Assembly (NCBI GenBank): GCA_963827655.1
Contig: CAWHCF010000049.1
Coordinates: 224,001 to 288,000 of the forward strand
Reading direction: 5' to 3'
From: an uncultured Acidobacteriota bacterium
Lineage (GTDB): Bacteria; Acidobacteriota; UBA6911
DNA length: 64,000 nt
In this document: piece after piece, positions 8,949 to 20,088 of the stretch
Layout: every line of letters starts with the position of its first letter
How positions within the stretch are numbered: the first letter of the stretch is position 1
The notes under the pieces: model-generated
The model's input: only the letters and a program-made list of their open reading frames with translations
Told to the model about the DNA's origin: nothing
The model's database searches: none
Translations under genes and position numbers: made by a program

Positions 8949-9800
8949 TCAGGAATAGTATTTCTCCACTTTGACATCAACATCGGGCTTGAACCCGCGC
9001 TGTGAGAGGATTTGGACGGTATTGTCGATGGTGCCGGGATGCCCGCATATGTAGACGACGTGGGTTGCCGGGCTCAGCCGATCGCGCACCCATTCCCTCA
9101 TCGCGTTTTCCAAAGGGTTCGGCGTCATGTCGCCAGGTGAATCCTCAAAGAGGGATTCAGCGCGGCCGCGGAGTCCTGTCCACGAAGGATCCAGGTGCGG
9201 CCGGCTTATGGTGGGGCAGTAAAAAAACCCTAGTTTGCGCGCGGGATTCTTTTGAGTCTCCAGATGTAACGCTTCCAACTCGCCACGATAGCCGAGATTT
9301 CGCGAGTAGCTTACGCCGTGAATGATACGGACCGCGCGTGAGCGGAAATTCTCGGGAGCCGCCAGATAATCTTCGTTCAATTTGCGCGTCATGCTGATGA
9401 AAGGAGCCAGCCCCGTTCCTGAGGCTACGAAGATCAGGTCCCGAGGATCGTTGAGGTCGAGGACGAACCGTCCCTTCGGGCCGGTGATAGCCAGGCTGGC
9501 ATCCTCGCGCCCGCTCTTGAGGGAGTGCATCACTTCGGGGTCCCAGAGGGATGGAGTCAGACGGCCGTTTTCCACCAGGTTGATATAGAACTCGAGGATC
9601 CGGGTTTCCGACGGAGAAGAGGCGATGGAGTAAGGGCGCGGTATCGTTTCGCCGTTATGAGTCAGCCAGAGGGTGGCATACTGTCCCGGCTGGAAAAAGA
9701 ACTCGCGCTGAAGAGCAAACCTGAAAATCGAAAGCCCAGTAGCCAGATCGATCCGCGTATCAAGCTCCGCTCGTATTCCGGCAGCTTTGGCTCCAGGCAT
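8949..9800 (-). CDS. Ferredoxin--NADP+ reductase family (FAD/NAD binding)
   Basis: FQPGQY, RPYSIASSP, GTGLAPF, VYICGHP, C-terminal EKYY. Confidence 0.88.
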   Translation of the reverse strand: MPGAKAAGIRAELDTRIDLATGLSIFRFALQREFFFQPGQYATLWLTHNGETIPRPYSIASSPSETRILEFYINLVENGRLTPSLWDPEVMHSLKSGREDASLAITGPKGRFVLDLNDPRDLIFVASGTGLAPFISMTRKLNEDYLAAPENFRSRAVRIIHGVSYSRNLGYRGELEALHLETQKNPARKLGFFYCPTISRPHLDPSWTGLRGRAESLFEDSPGDMTPNPLENAMREWVRDRLSPATHVVYICGHPGTIDNTVQILSQRGFKPDVDVKVEKYYS

Positions 9801-9939
9801 TTTATCACCTGCTTGCCTCGAAGGGCGCGAAGACGCTCAGAGCCCCGAACATTCTGGATTGGCGTCTTCAAGTCTTGCGGTGCGTGCAAGAAAGGGACTG
9901 ACGAGTGATGCGATATTGCCGCGAAGAAGATTCGCGGGC

Positions 9940-10969
9940 TTACGGAGACGTGCGCTCGGCGGACCAAGCTCCGCTTTCCGCTCCGCTGGCAGACGACCAC
10001 TTGCCTGCCAGTTTCCCGTTCGCAAGACTTGCTTCGATGCGATAGGATCCCCCGCCGTACTCGATCTCGAGAGTGAGCACGTTGTTAGCGAACGCAGCCT
10101 TCTTTACGGGTATGTTCCCCTCTGGAGTGACGATGTTCCCCGAGATCATGTCGCCCGATTGTTTCAAGACCAGCTGAAACGGCCGGGTGCCATCGGGTGT
10201 CACCGCCACAGCGTTCCAGGTGCCCTGCAAAGGAAGGGAACCGAAGGCTGCGACGGAGGGTGCGGCGGGTGCGACGGAGGGTGCGGCGGCCTTCCGGGTT
10301 GCGCTCCAGGGGCCACCATCGTTCGTTCCAACATTGACCCAACGGCCGGAGAATTTATCGTCTTTCAGGACCGCGCTGGTCCGATAAATAGTTCCATTCA
10401 TGTCTATGTCGAATTGCAGCGTGTCACCTTTGAAGGTCGCGGCCTGAATCGGCAAGGCTCCCAGTTCGGAGCTGACGGTTCCAGTGAGCTTTTCACCGTC
10501 CTGCTTCAGATCGAGCGAGAGCAAAAGCTCGCCCTGGGATGTAACGGCAACGCTGCTCCAGACGCCTGAGATGCCGCCCGCGGCGGCCGTGGTTGCTGTC
10601 GGTCCTTTTGCGCTCCGCAGTCCACGTTCCCTGCACCTCGGTTCCGACCTGTTCCCATTTCCCTGAGAACCTGCCCTCCTTCAACAATCCGGTTAGCTTG
10701 AAGTTCGTTCCTGCGAAGTTCATCTCGAGCGACAGGTTGGGGTCTTCGAATTTAAGACCACTCAGCGGGAAGCTGCCCTGGAAAGCGGCCGCAGAACCCA
10801 GCAGCTGGTTGCCCTCCATCTTTAGTTCGAATTCCATCTCTAAAGGACCATGCGGGGTTTGAGCTTTAGCGACCCACTTGCCCAGAATGTCTTCGACTCC
10901 ACCGACACCTGGCCTGGCGGCAAAAAAAAGCATGAGCGCCAGAACGGCTAGATTTCGATTCATCGACAT
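9940..10969 (-). CDS. Secreted protein with three ~95-aa beta-rich repeats (frameshift ~10605)
   Basis: Signal peptide, then three units G.W....TP.G...L.LK..G..L.G...GKW.....W.A.R across ORFs 10493-11026 and 9940-10524. Confidence 0.7.
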
Positions 10970-11059
10970 ATGTTTTCCCCTTCCAGAACAAGAGCGGCTG
11001 TCTCCAGGCCAGAGGCAGCGGCTCAACCGGCCAAATGAGGATTGGTCTTGGATCGACAG

Positions 11060-11075
11060 CGCATCAATTCTGCCA
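11060..11075 (-). promoter_or_regulatory. Possible sigma54 promoter
   Basis: Minus strand TGGCAGAATTGATGCG (GG-N10-GC), about 90 nt before the ATG at 10969. Confidence 0.4.
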
Positions 11076-11142
11076 CAGCGAAAGAATCAATTCCACAATC
11101 AGGATCTAGGATGCTAGAAATCAGGCTGCTAGAAAGTTCGAC

Positions 11143-11891
11143 TCAGATTCCGGATCCTGAATCCTGATCCAGAATCGAGCGGGCTCGTTCGAAGATGCCG
11201 TGGAACATCGGTCGCGTAAGCCGGCCGGTTTGCGTATTCTGCTGGCTTGGATGATAAGAACAAGATCAAGGTCAGGCGGCTGGAAAGTTCCCATTCCCCG
11301 CCGTGGCGAAACGCCATGCGTTCGACTGGACGGGAGCCACCGGTCTCGCTCCAGGCTTTCAAGAACGCCTGGAGCGCAATCTGTCCCAGAACCGCAATCA
11401 CCCTCTTTTTCTCCGTCAATTGCAATTCATGTCGAAGATAACGCCGGCAGTTGTCCAGCTCGGGCGGCAACGGTTTATTGTCCGGCGGCGCACACCGCAC
11501 CGCTGCCGTAATCAGGCAGTCAAGCAACGCCAATCCATCGTTTTTGTGAAGCGAGGACGGTTGGGTGGCGAATCCGAATCGATAGAGTGCTTCGTAGAGC
11601 CAGTCGCCGCTGCGATCTCCCGTGAACATTCGTCCGGTTCTGTTGCCGCCGTGCGCAGCCGGGGCCAATCCAATGATAATCAGCGACGCGTCGGGGTCTC
11701 CGAATGACGGCAGCGGGCCGCCCCCAGTACTCTTGCGTTTGAAAACGCGGGGCCTTCTGGCGTGCAATCCGTTCACGCCACTCGACCAGGCGGGGACAAA
11801 GGCGGCACTGGATGATTTCCTGCTGCAGGTTCGCGAACATCTTGAAGGACGATTCCAACTCGGGACCTGTCGTTTTGAAAGATTGGCACAC
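11143..11891 (-). CDS. Uracil-DNA glycosylase family 5 (UdgB-like), two frameshifts
   Basis: [37 protein letters not shown], and SYHPSQQNT in a shifted frame. Confidence 0.88.
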
Positions 11892-12040
11892 ACGTTGTTG
11901 CCGGGTGTATCATACTTCAGATCAAGCTTTAGAACCCTCGGGGAGGATGCAAGGGCAACCCAGGCTGCCTGATAATCTTCCCGTGAGCCCCCCCTCGACT
12001 CCTCCCCAGGACTTCCGGTCGGGTGTTGAACGGAGGAGTT

Positions 12041-13138
12041 ATGAAGAAAACAGTTACCGCAAATAAATTCCGGTTTGATTTCCGCATCTTTTCCATCTTG
12101 ATGCTACTCGCCGTAGTTCCGCTCTTGATAGGGAGCTGGTTGCTCTTTCGAAGCTATAAGGCGGCCTACCTGGACATGGTGGGCGCCCACCTCGGTGAGT
12201 CGGCTGAAATGGCTTTCGGCTTAATCGACAATTACCTGCAGCATCAGATTATCGCAGTCGCCGGCCTGACCGAGGTCCCTACCCTGCGAGACGCTGTCCG
12301 GACGGGCAACGAGGATCTGCGGAGGAACCTTGAAGAGGTGCGCAAGGCAATCCCGGCCATGGAGTCTTCGTGGAGCAGACTGGACAGGAAGTCCGCGCAG
12401 ATGAGATCGATTCTGGACAACACGGCCTCAGATTTCCTGAGACGGTACATCTCGATCGAGAAGACCTATCGCGAGATCATGGTGACTGATTTTCTGGGAC
12501 GGCTGGTGGCTGCGACTGGAAAGACCTCAGACTATTACCAGGCCGACGAAGACTGGTGGAAGGAGACTTACGGGGATGGGCGCCGCGGCTCCGTCTATAT
12601 CGGCGATGTCAAGTATGACGAGAGTGCCAAGGCCTGGTCGATGGAACTGGCACAACCCTTCGTTGAACCGGAAGACGGAGTCATCGGCGTAATCAAGGTG
12701 GTGCTGGACGCGCAGGATATCCACAGGCTCATCGGATCCATGCGAGGGGGCCCTTCGACTACTGCCGCACTAATACGCGCCAAGGGAGATGTTATCTCGG
12801 CCCCGGGTTTTGGTCTTATGGATAAGACGTATCCCGAGACGCTGGACATTCTCAACGCGCGCGAAAAAGGAAAGCGGTACATGATTACGACGTCGTCTCC
12901 ATCCCTCATGCTTGGATTGACTCCGAAGAACTTTCAGGACGTTTATCCCCACTTGAACTGGATCGTTGTGACCACGGGTTCGGTGAACGACCTGTTGGGC
13001 CCGTTCCCTCAGCACAGCCGCTATTTTGTCGCTCTGGTAGTAGCAATCCTGCTCTTGAGCCTGGTAGCGACGCTGGTTCTTTCTCGAGTGGAGTCTCGAC
13101 CTGCCCTCGAGCAAGACCCTCATCTGGAGGCGCTCTGA
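12041..13138 (+). CDS. Membrane protein with extracytoplasmic Cache/PDC sensor domain and no output domain
   Basis: TM1, YREIMVTDFLGRLVAAT..TSDYYQADEDWW...VYIGDV.YDES, TM2, then a ~18-aa tail. SD GGAGGAG. Confidence 0.75.
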   Translation: MKKTVTANKFRFDFRIFSILMLLAVVPLLIGSWLLFRSYKAAYLDMVGAHLGESAEMAFGLIDNYLQHQIIAVAGLTEVPTLRDAVRTGNEDLRRNLEEVRKAIPAMESSWSRLDRKSAQMRSILDNTASDFLRRYISIEKTYREIMVTDFLGRLVAATGKTSDYYQADEDWWKETYGDGRRGSVYIGDVKYDESAKAWSMELAQPFVEPEDGVIGVIKVVLDAQDIHRLIGSMRGGPSTTAALIRAKGDVISAPGFGLMDKTYPETLDILNAREKGKRYMITTSSPSLMLGLTPKNFQDVYPHLNWIVVTTGSVNDLLGPFPQHSRYFVALVVAILLLSLVATLVLSRVESRPALEQDPHLEAL

Positions 13139-13234
13139 CGAGTGGGCGGATTGCGGATTTCCGCTTGGGGCCGCTCGAGCCGATGTCAAGTCACGCGATC
13201 GGCCAAAGCCGATCTCGAAACTCACGAGGACCGC

Positions 13235-13417
13235 GTGAAAATAAACATAGTCTCGCAGAATCCGGCGGTGATCCAATTGGTGCTGTCGGGAGAGGAAATC
13301 AACTACCTGCGGTTGGCCCTGGAACGCGCCACGTTCCAGGATACGCCGCCGCAGCATCAGCGGGCGATCTATAACTTCGCGGAGGATCTGCTGCGCGCGC
13401 TGGAAAAAACCTCCTAG
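13235..13417 (+). CDS. Small hypothetical protein (60 aa)
   Basis: GTG start with GAGGA SD. Amphipathic LSGEEINYLRLALE. Confidence 0.5.
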   Translation: MKINIVSQNPAVIQLVLSGEEINYLRLALERATFQDTPPQHQRAIYNFAEDLLRALEKTS

Positions 13418-13503
13418 GATTACGGATTTCGGATTCGATTGACGTTGCCGAGATGAAGCAAAGGCCTCGTCAGCCGACCTTCTACGGCGACGTCCCAACA
13501 TGA

Positions 13504-13571
13504 ATGACAAATGAGAAATGACCAATGACTGGTTGGGTCATTGATCGGTCATTTCTCATTTCATTCATTTC
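13504..13571. repeat. Inverted heptamer-type array (AATGACA/TCATTTC variant)
   Basis: AATGACAAATGAGAAATGACCAATGAC ... GTCATTGATCGGTCATTTCTCATTTCATT between convergent genes. Confidence 0.65.
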
Positions 13572-13574
13572 TTG

Positions 13575-14333
13575 TTAGGTCGCAGTGTATCCTCCGTCGA
13601 CCATGAGATGCGTGGCCGTGATGAAGGAGGCCTCGTCGGAAGCCAGGAACAGAATGGCATAAGCGACCTCGCGCGGTTGTCCGATGCGATTGAGCAAGTG
13701 CAACGGGGCGTTCTTGGCGACGAATTCTGCTTCAGACATGCCGGTCTTCGCCAGGTGTCTCTCGGTTGCCGAAGTACGAATGGTACCGGGACAGACGCAA
13801 TTGACTCGGATGTTGTAGGGTGCGAGGTCCATCGCCATGCACCGGGTCATATTTACCAGGGCTGCCTTCGTCGCGCTGTAGGTCAGGAAGCCGGGCTGAG
13901 CGATGAAGCTCGAGATGGATCCGAGGTTAACTATCGAACCCCCTTGGTTCCGCTTCATAATCTTGGAGACATGACGGGCGCAGAGCGCGGTCCCGATCAG
14001 GTTGACGTCGATGACCTGATGCCAGTCGTGGGGCGACGCCTCGAGACCCTTGAGCACAAAAACGGCCGCGTTGTTTACCAGAATATCCACCCTGCCGTAG
14101 GTTTGATCTGTCAGTTCGATCGCCTGCCGGACTTCTTTTTCTTTTGAGATGTCGGCCTGTATGAAAAGTGCCGAGCGCGAGTTTTCGCCAATTTGACGCG
14201 CCCGCTCGGCTCCCCCCGGATCCTTGTCCACCAGGACTACGCTGGCGCCTTCTTCCGCGAACAACTCGGCGGTAGCCCGGCCGATGCCGGCTGCGGCTCC
14301 CGTTATGATTGCGACCTTGTCTCTTAACCGCAT
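13575..14333 (-). CDS. SDR family oxidoreductase
   Basis: TGAAAGIG, NNAA, YSATK, VDGG. Confidence 0.92.
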   Translation of the reverse strand: MRLRDKVAIITGAAAGIGRATAELFAEEGASVVLVDKDPGGAERARQIGENSRSALFIQADISKEKEVRQAIELTDQTYGRVDILVNNAAVFVLKGLEASPHDWHQVIDVNLIGTALCARHVSKIMKRNQGGSIVNLGSISSFIAQPGFLTYSATKAALVNMTRCMAMDLAPYNIRVNCVCPGTIRTSATERHLAKTGMSEAEFVAKNAPLHLLNRIGQPREVAYAILFLASDEASFITATHLMVDGGYTAT

Positions 14334-14477
14334 ATCGCTACCTCCGGGTGACGGGCTCGACTTCATCCGGTTCCGGGGAGTCCGGCTGAACCGGAAAAGC
14401 GGTACCTGTCACCGAAATCCTGTCAGTGTACAATAAGGCTTTCATAGGGCTTATCATCCACTGACGAGGAATATTTC

Positions 14478-16112
14478 ATGAAGGTTGCTTTGGCTCAGAT
14501 TAATACGACGGTGGGCGACATTCGCGGTAACCGTGACCGGGTGATGAGGGAGCTGGATAAAGCGGAGGGGATGGGTGCGGACCTGGCGGTTTTCCCGGAA
14601 TTGTGCCTGACCGGTTACCCGCCGCGGGACATCCTGGGAATTCATGGATTTGTCAACGCCAACATCCGAGCCTTGAATGAAATCGCAACCCGTGTCGGAC
14701 GAGTCGCCGCTGTGATTGGCTTTGTCGATCGGAACCATCAAGACGGAGGACGAGAATTCTACAACGCGGCTGCATTCCTTTGTGATGGAAAAGTCCAGTC
14801 GATCATTCACAAAACCCTGTTGCCCACCTACGATGTGTTCGATGAGGATCGCTACTTTGAAAGGGGGGATGAAACGATTATTGTCCCTTTTCGCGGGCGA
14901 AAACTCGGCATATCAATCTGCGAGGATTCCTGGAACGCAGGAGACTTTTGGCCCAAACCACTGTATCGCACCGACCCCATTCGCAATCAGGTTGAAAAAG
15001 GCGCCGACCTGCTTATCAACATATCCGCGTCGCCCTTTGAGATGAATAAGCCACGGTTCCGATATCGCATGCTTCTTAACCATGTCCGGAAGCACCGTGT
15101 TCCGCTTCTCTACCTTAATCTGGTGGGAGGGAACGACGATCTCGTCTTCGACGGAAACAGCCTGGCGCTTGGAAAAGAGGGGAGTGTCATTGCTCAGGGG
15201 AGGAGTTTCGCCGAGCAGCTCCTGGTCGTGGACCCGGACGCCGGTAAGGGACTGGGTTATCGAGAGGGCGACGAAATGGAGAATCTCCTTCACGCCCTCG
15301 TCCTGGGAACGCGGGACTATGCGCGGAAGTGCGGTTTCAGGTCGGCGGTTCTTGGTTTAAGCGGCGGAATCGATTCTGCGGTTACCGCCTGCATTGCCAC
15401 CGAGGCTTTCGGCCCGGAGAATGTCATCGGCGTTTCCATGCCCTCGGTCTATTCGGCGGAAGAGAGCTACAACGACGCCCGCACCCTGGCCATGAATCTC
15501 AGGATCTCGTTTCAGGTAGTACCAATCCAAGCTGTGTTCGAGCAATACCGGAACGAGCTGTCCCATGCCTTTTCGGGTCTTCCAGAGGACGAGACCGAGG
15601 AGAATCTCCAGGCTCGGATTCGAGGCAACATCCTGATGGCGCTATCGAACAAAATGGGACACCTGGTGCTCAGCACCGGGAACAAATCCGAGCTGGGAGT
15701 TGGCTACTGTACCCTTTATGGAGATATGGCCGGGGGGCTGGCTGTTATTTCCGACGTGCCCAAGACTACGGTGTACCGGCTGGCCCGCCATATCAACCGG
15801 GTTAGCGAGGTCATTCCGGAGAACACGATTCGCAGGGCGCCGAGCGCCGAGCTGCGCCCGAACCAGAAAGACCAGGACAGCCTGCCCGAATACGATATCC
15901 TGGACGACATTCTTCGGCTTGCGGTTGAGGAGCAGTTGAGCGTGGATCACATCGCCGCCCGGGGGTACGAGAAGAGGATTGTTGAGGAGGTCGTGCGTAT
16001 GATTCACAAGAGTGAATACAAGAGGCGCCAGGCGGCTCCGGGCCTGAAGGTGACGATCCGGGCCTTCGGAACCGGGCGGCGCATGCCCATTGCAATGCGG
16101 TTGAATTTTTGA
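14478..16112 (+). CDS. nadE: Glutamine-dependent NAD+ synthetase
   Basis: Nitrilase domain (FPEL, ICED) plus SGGIDS, ENLQARIRG, TGNKSE, PSAELRPNQKDQDSLP. Confidence 0.96.
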   Translation: MKVALAQINTTVGDIRGNRDRVMRELDKAEGMGADLAVFPELCLTGYPPRDILGIHGFVNANIRALNEIATRVGRVAAVIGFVDRNHQDGGREFYNAAAFLCDGKVQSIIHKTLLPTYDVFDEDRYFERGDETIIVPFRGRKLGISICEDSWNAGDFWPKPLYRTDPIRNQVEKGADLLINISASPFEMNKPRFRYRMLLNHVRKHRVPLLYLNLVGGNDDLVFDGNSLALGKEGSVIAQGRSFAEQLLVVDPDAGKGLGYREGDEMENLLHALVLGTRDYARKCGFRSAVLGLSGGIDSAVTACIATEAFGPENVIGVSMPSVYSAEESYNDARTLAMNLRISFQVVPIQAVFEQYRNELSHAFSGLPEDETEENLQARIRGNILMALSNKMGHLVLSTGNKSELGVGYCTLYGDMAGGLAVISDVPKTTVYRLARHINRVSEVIPENTIRRAPSAELRPNQKDQDSLPEYDILDDILRLAVEEQLSVDHIAARGYEKRIVEEVVRMIHKSEYKRRQAAPGLKVTIRAFGTGRRMPIAMRLNF

Positions 16113-16172
16113 GCTGCGGCGGAGAGAGTCTTTCAAAGTTCTCTTGGCGTCCTCGCGCCTTCGTGATTGCTT

Positions 16173-17654
16173 ATGGTGGACCCGGCCGTCAGAAAGAAAA
16201 CCATGTTCACCGACGCGCTGCTCACGGATCTTTACCAGCTCACGATGGCAGCCGGCTATTTGAATCGAGGGAAATGGGCGGAGCCGGCGACATTCGATCT
16301 CTACTATCGTCACAATCCCTTCCGAGGAGGTTATGCGATCGCCGCCGGTCTGGAAAGCGCGGTCCAGGCGGTGATGAGCGTCCGGTTCGGCGCAGAGGAT
16401 GTCGCTTTCTTGCGTTCGCTGCGCGCCTCTTCGGGCGGGCCCGTGTTCGCCGCGGAGTTTCTCGAATTCTTGTCCGGATTCCGATTCGGCGGGAACATTC
16501 GAGCTATCCCCGAAGGAACCGTCGTGTTCCCGAACGAACCGCTGGTGCAGGTGAGCGGGAGGCTGATCGAATGCCAGATGGTGGAGACGATTCTGTTGTG
16601 CCACATCAATTATCAAACGCTGGTCGCTACTAAAGCGGCGCGGCTGTGGGAAGCCTCCAACCACGGCATCGTGATCGAGTTCGGGCTGCGGCGCGCGCAA
16701 GGACCCGACGGAGCGCTGAGCGCATGCCGGGCCTCTTTTATCGGAGGGGCTGAAGGCACGTCGAATGTCCTCGGCTCAGCTTCTTTCGGCATGCCGGTGC
16801 GCGGCACCCATGCGCACAGTTGGGTTCAGGCGTTTCCGTCGGAGCTTGACGCATTCCGCTCCTACGCGCGCGTGTTCCCGAACGACTGCGTTCTTCTGGT
16901 CGACACGTATGATGCGCTGAGCAGCGGCGTTCCCAATGCAATAACCGTCGGGAAAGAACTCGAGCAGCACGGACACCGGCTTTCCGGAATCCGGATCGAC
17001 AGCGGCGATCTGGCTTTTCTCAGCCGGGCCGCGAGACAGATGCTGGATCAGGCTGGTCTTTCCTACGTCAAGATCATCGCCTCGAATGACCTGGATGAAT
17101 ATCTTATTGCGGACATTCTGGCGCAGGGCGGGAAAATCGACATATGGGGGGTCGGAACGAGCCTGGTCACCGCGGGGGGCGAGGGAGGGGCCGCTCTCGG
17201 CGGCGTTTACAAACTGGTCGAGCACAATGGCCTGCCGAAGATCAAGCTCAGCAGCAACCCCGAAAAAACGACCAATCCGGGCGCGAAGAAAGTAATCCGC
17301 TTCTACGATGACATCGGAATGATCGAGGCGGATGCGCTGGCCCAGCAGTCGGAAGCCATCGATCAAAACGAAGTCCTGATCGTCGATCCGATTAATCCGC
17401 TTCGCCGCAAGAAGATCCACTCACGCCGGCGCTGCGAATTGTTGCGCGACGTCGTTGCGGAAGGCAGGATCGTCTACCAGTTTCCGTCGCTGGAGGCTGT
17501 CAGAGCACGGCGCCGGGATCAGCTGCTGCATCTGCACGAGAGTTATCGGCGGCTCCGTAACGCTCACGAGTACAAGGTGGGACTGACCTATGCGCTCTGG
17601 CGGCAAAAGGAACAGATGCTGAGCAAATTCGGGATGGCTCCTGATGGAGCGTAA
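16173..17654 (+). CDS. pncB: Nicotinate phosphoribosyltransferase
   Basis: LLTDLYQLTM, EFGLRRAQG, GTHAHSW, LVDTYD, RIDSGDL. Confidence 0.95.
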   Translation: MVDPAVRKKTMFTDALLTDLYQLTMAAGYLNRGKWAEPATFDLYYRHNPFRGGYAIAAGLESAVQAVMSVRFGAEDVAFLRSLRASSGGPVFAAEFLEFLSGFRFGGNIRAIPEGTVVFPNEPLVQVSGRLIECQMVETILLCHINYQTLVATKAARLWEASNHGIVIEFGLRRAQGPDGALSACRASFIGGAEGTSNVLGSASFGMPVRGTHAHSWVQAFPSELDAFRSYARVFPNDCVLLVDTYDALSSGVPNAITVGKELEQHGHRLSGIRIDSGDLAFLSRAARQMLDQAGLSYVKIIASNDLDEYLIADILAQGGKIDIWGVGTSLVTAGGEGGAALGGVYKLVEHNGLPKIKLSSNPEKTTNPGAKKVIRFYDDIGMIEADALAQQSEAIDQNEVLIVDPINPLRRKKIHSRRRCELLRDVVAEGRIVYQFPSLEAVRARRRDQLLHLHESYRRLRNAHEYKVGLTYALWRQKEQMLSKFGMAPDGA

Positions 17655-17845
17655 CAGCGCGCCTTTGGTGCGCGAAGCTTGCTTGCGCTGTGTGCGCGGC
17701 AGCTTGCGCCGCTTATCCAGGCAATTTTTCAGCGTCCGTCGTCAGGATGGCGATGCAAGTGCCGATTAAGACGGCAGGTCGCACAAATGCCGATTGAAAT
17801 TCTTGCCTCAACAGGACTATGGTTGGCTGACTGGAGGAGTCTGAT

Positions 17846-19204
17846 ATGAAACGAAGAAGCCGCCGTCAATTCCTGAAGGAATCGGTTGCCGCCGGCGCCG
17901 TCGCGGGAGCTTCCATGACCGACGGTGAAGTGCGTTTGCCGGAAGTGCTTCGCCCCAGGCCAGGGTCATAGGCGCGAATGATCGCATTCGGGTCGGGCTG
18001 ATCGGATGTGGGGGAAGGGGCCGAAGCGATTTTGAGGGATTTCTTACAGGTCAAGAGCATCGAATGCGTTGCGCTGTGCGATGTCGATGATGCCCAGAGT
18101 GCCGAGGCGGGGAAGCTTACTCAGCAGGCCTCGCAAAAACCGGCGCTGATCACTCGCGATTTTCGGAGAGTCATCGAGCAAAAGGATATTGACGCAGTGA
18201 TTGTCGCGACTCCGGATCACTGGCACGCAATTCCCACCATCATGGCGTGCCAGGCGGGGAAGGATGTCTATGTCGAAAAACCCCTGTCGGTCTGCATTGC
18301 GGAAGGTCGCGCCATGGTCGAGGCCGCGCGCAAGCACGATCGCGTCGTCCAGATGGGAACCCAGCAGCGCAGCGCTCCTCACTACACCGACGCCGTCGAA
18401 TTCGTAAAGAGCGGACAATTGGGAAAGATTCGACTGGTGCGGACCTGGGCCTATCTCGATTGGAAGGGCGAACTCCCTCCGGTTGCAGATGCCGAACCCC
18501 CTTCCACCGTTGATTACGACCTCTGGTTGGGCCCGGCCCGCAAGCGCCCGTTCAACAAGAACCGTTTCCATTTCACTTTCCGGTGGTACTGGGATTACTC
18601 GGGCGGTCTGATGACGGACTGGGGAGCTCACATGATTGATATCGCCAATTGGGCGATGGGCATAAAAGCTCCCAACTCGGCTGTTTCAGTAGGCGGGAAG
18701 TTCGGCTATCCCAATGACGCCATGGAGACGCCCGATACCCAGCAGGTCATCTGGGCGTTTCCTGAATTCACCATGATCTGGGAACATATGCTCGGGGCGG
18801 GACGAGGCCCTGAAGCGCGCGAGCATGGTGTTGCGTTCCACGGAAACAGCGGGGTGCTCGTGGTCGATCGCGCAGGCTGGGAGGTCTATCCTGAAACCGA
18901 CAGGATCGATAAGCCCCGCATGAACAAGTTTCCTGGTGTTCCGCGCCGCGCCGCAGGAAATCAGAACTATAATCTGACTCACATCCAGAATTTCATCGAC
19001 TGCATGCGCTCGCGCAAGCGCCCGAACTCCGACGTCGAGATCGGACACAACTCGATGATCGCCTGTCACCTGGGGAATATGTCGCAGCGCTTGGGGCGGC
19101 AGATCAAATGGGATGTCGAGCGCGAAAAGGTAATTGGCGATCCCGAGGCGCAAGCCCAGGTCTCGCGCGAGTACCGCGCTCCCTGGAAACTCGCCACAAC
19201 CTAG
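17846..19204 (+). CDS. Gfo/Idh/MocA oxidoreductase with Tat leader (frameshifts near 5' end)
   Basis: MKRRSRRQFL leader, GANDRIRVGLIGCGG, ATPDHWH, VYVEKP, DWGAH. Confidence 0.88.
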
Positions 19205-19293
19205 TAGTTGAACCAGCCGGGCGTACGAGCGCATGGGAGAAACTAATGTCACGCCGGCAGCGGTTCCTGGCTTCCGGCAGAATCCGCGATGGG

Positions 19294-20088
19294 CTAGCGG
19301 GGAGGACCTTGGAGCGCTTTTCCGGTCATAGGCACGAAACGGACCGGAATGGTCGAGCGGCGGGTAACGCCGGAAGGCCCTTTCTCGATAAGAAGCAGCT
19401 CCTGCTCTCCACGTCCCACCGGGATGATCAGCCTCCCTCCGGTCCTGAGCTGATCGATCAGCGGTTGAGGGACGTGGTCGGGTGCGGCGGTGACCATGAT
19501 TCCGTCAAAGGGCGCGGATTCCGGCCACCCTTGATATCCGTCTCCAGTACGAAAGCGTATGTTTTTGTAGCCCAGCGACTCGAGAACGGATCGGGCGCGT
19601 TGGGCGAGTTCCGTCACAATCTCAATGGTATAGACTTCAGGGGCAATCTCCGCCAGTACTGCGGCCTGATACCCGGAACCGGTTCCGACTTCAAGCACGC
19701 GCTCGGTACCGCGCAACTTCAAAGCCTGAGTCATGTACGCGACGATATACGGTTGCGAAATAGTCTGTCCCGACGCAATCGGAAGAGCGCTGTCGTCATA
19801 GGCTGAGTCCACAATCCTCTCCGGAACGAACTCGTGCCTGGGAACCTTCAGCATGGCGGCCAGTACCTGGGCGTCCTTGATGTCACGCCCCTGCAACTGC
19901 TCGCGCACCATGCGCTCGCGCATGTGGGTAAATCTTTCTACCCCGGTCGCGGGCGATCTCTGTTTGCCGTCACCACCGAAGATGGACCAGTTCGTGGAGC
20001 ACCCTCCGCTACTGAGAACCAGGATGGAAACCAGCGCAACCGTTAGTAGCGCGCACCGCAACCATCCTGACCCTTCGAGACAACACAT
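19294..20088 (-). CDS. pcm: Protein-L-isoaspartate O-methyltransferase with lipoprotein-like leader
   Basis: QTISQPY, VLEVGTGSGYQ, APFDGIMVTAA, VRFVPM. Start codon is uncertain. Confidence 0.92.
   Translation of the reverse strand: MCCLEGSGWLRCALLTVALVSILVLSSGGCSTNWSIFGGDGKQRSPATGVERFTHMRERMVREQLQGRDIKDAQVLAAMLKVPRHEFVPERIVDSAYDDSALPIASGQTISQPYIVAYMTQALKLRGTERVLEVGTGSGYQAAVLAEIAPEVYTIEIVTELAQRARSVLESLGYKNIRFRTGDGYQGWPESAPFDGIMVTAAPDHVPQPLIDQLRTGGRLIIPVGRGEQELLLIEKGPSGVTRRSTIPVRFVPMTGKALQGPPR

Noticed and set aside
17748-17763. GG-N10-GC upstream of the Gfo gene
   Set aside because: It lacks the CAC and TT consensus positions and is expected by chance at this GC content.
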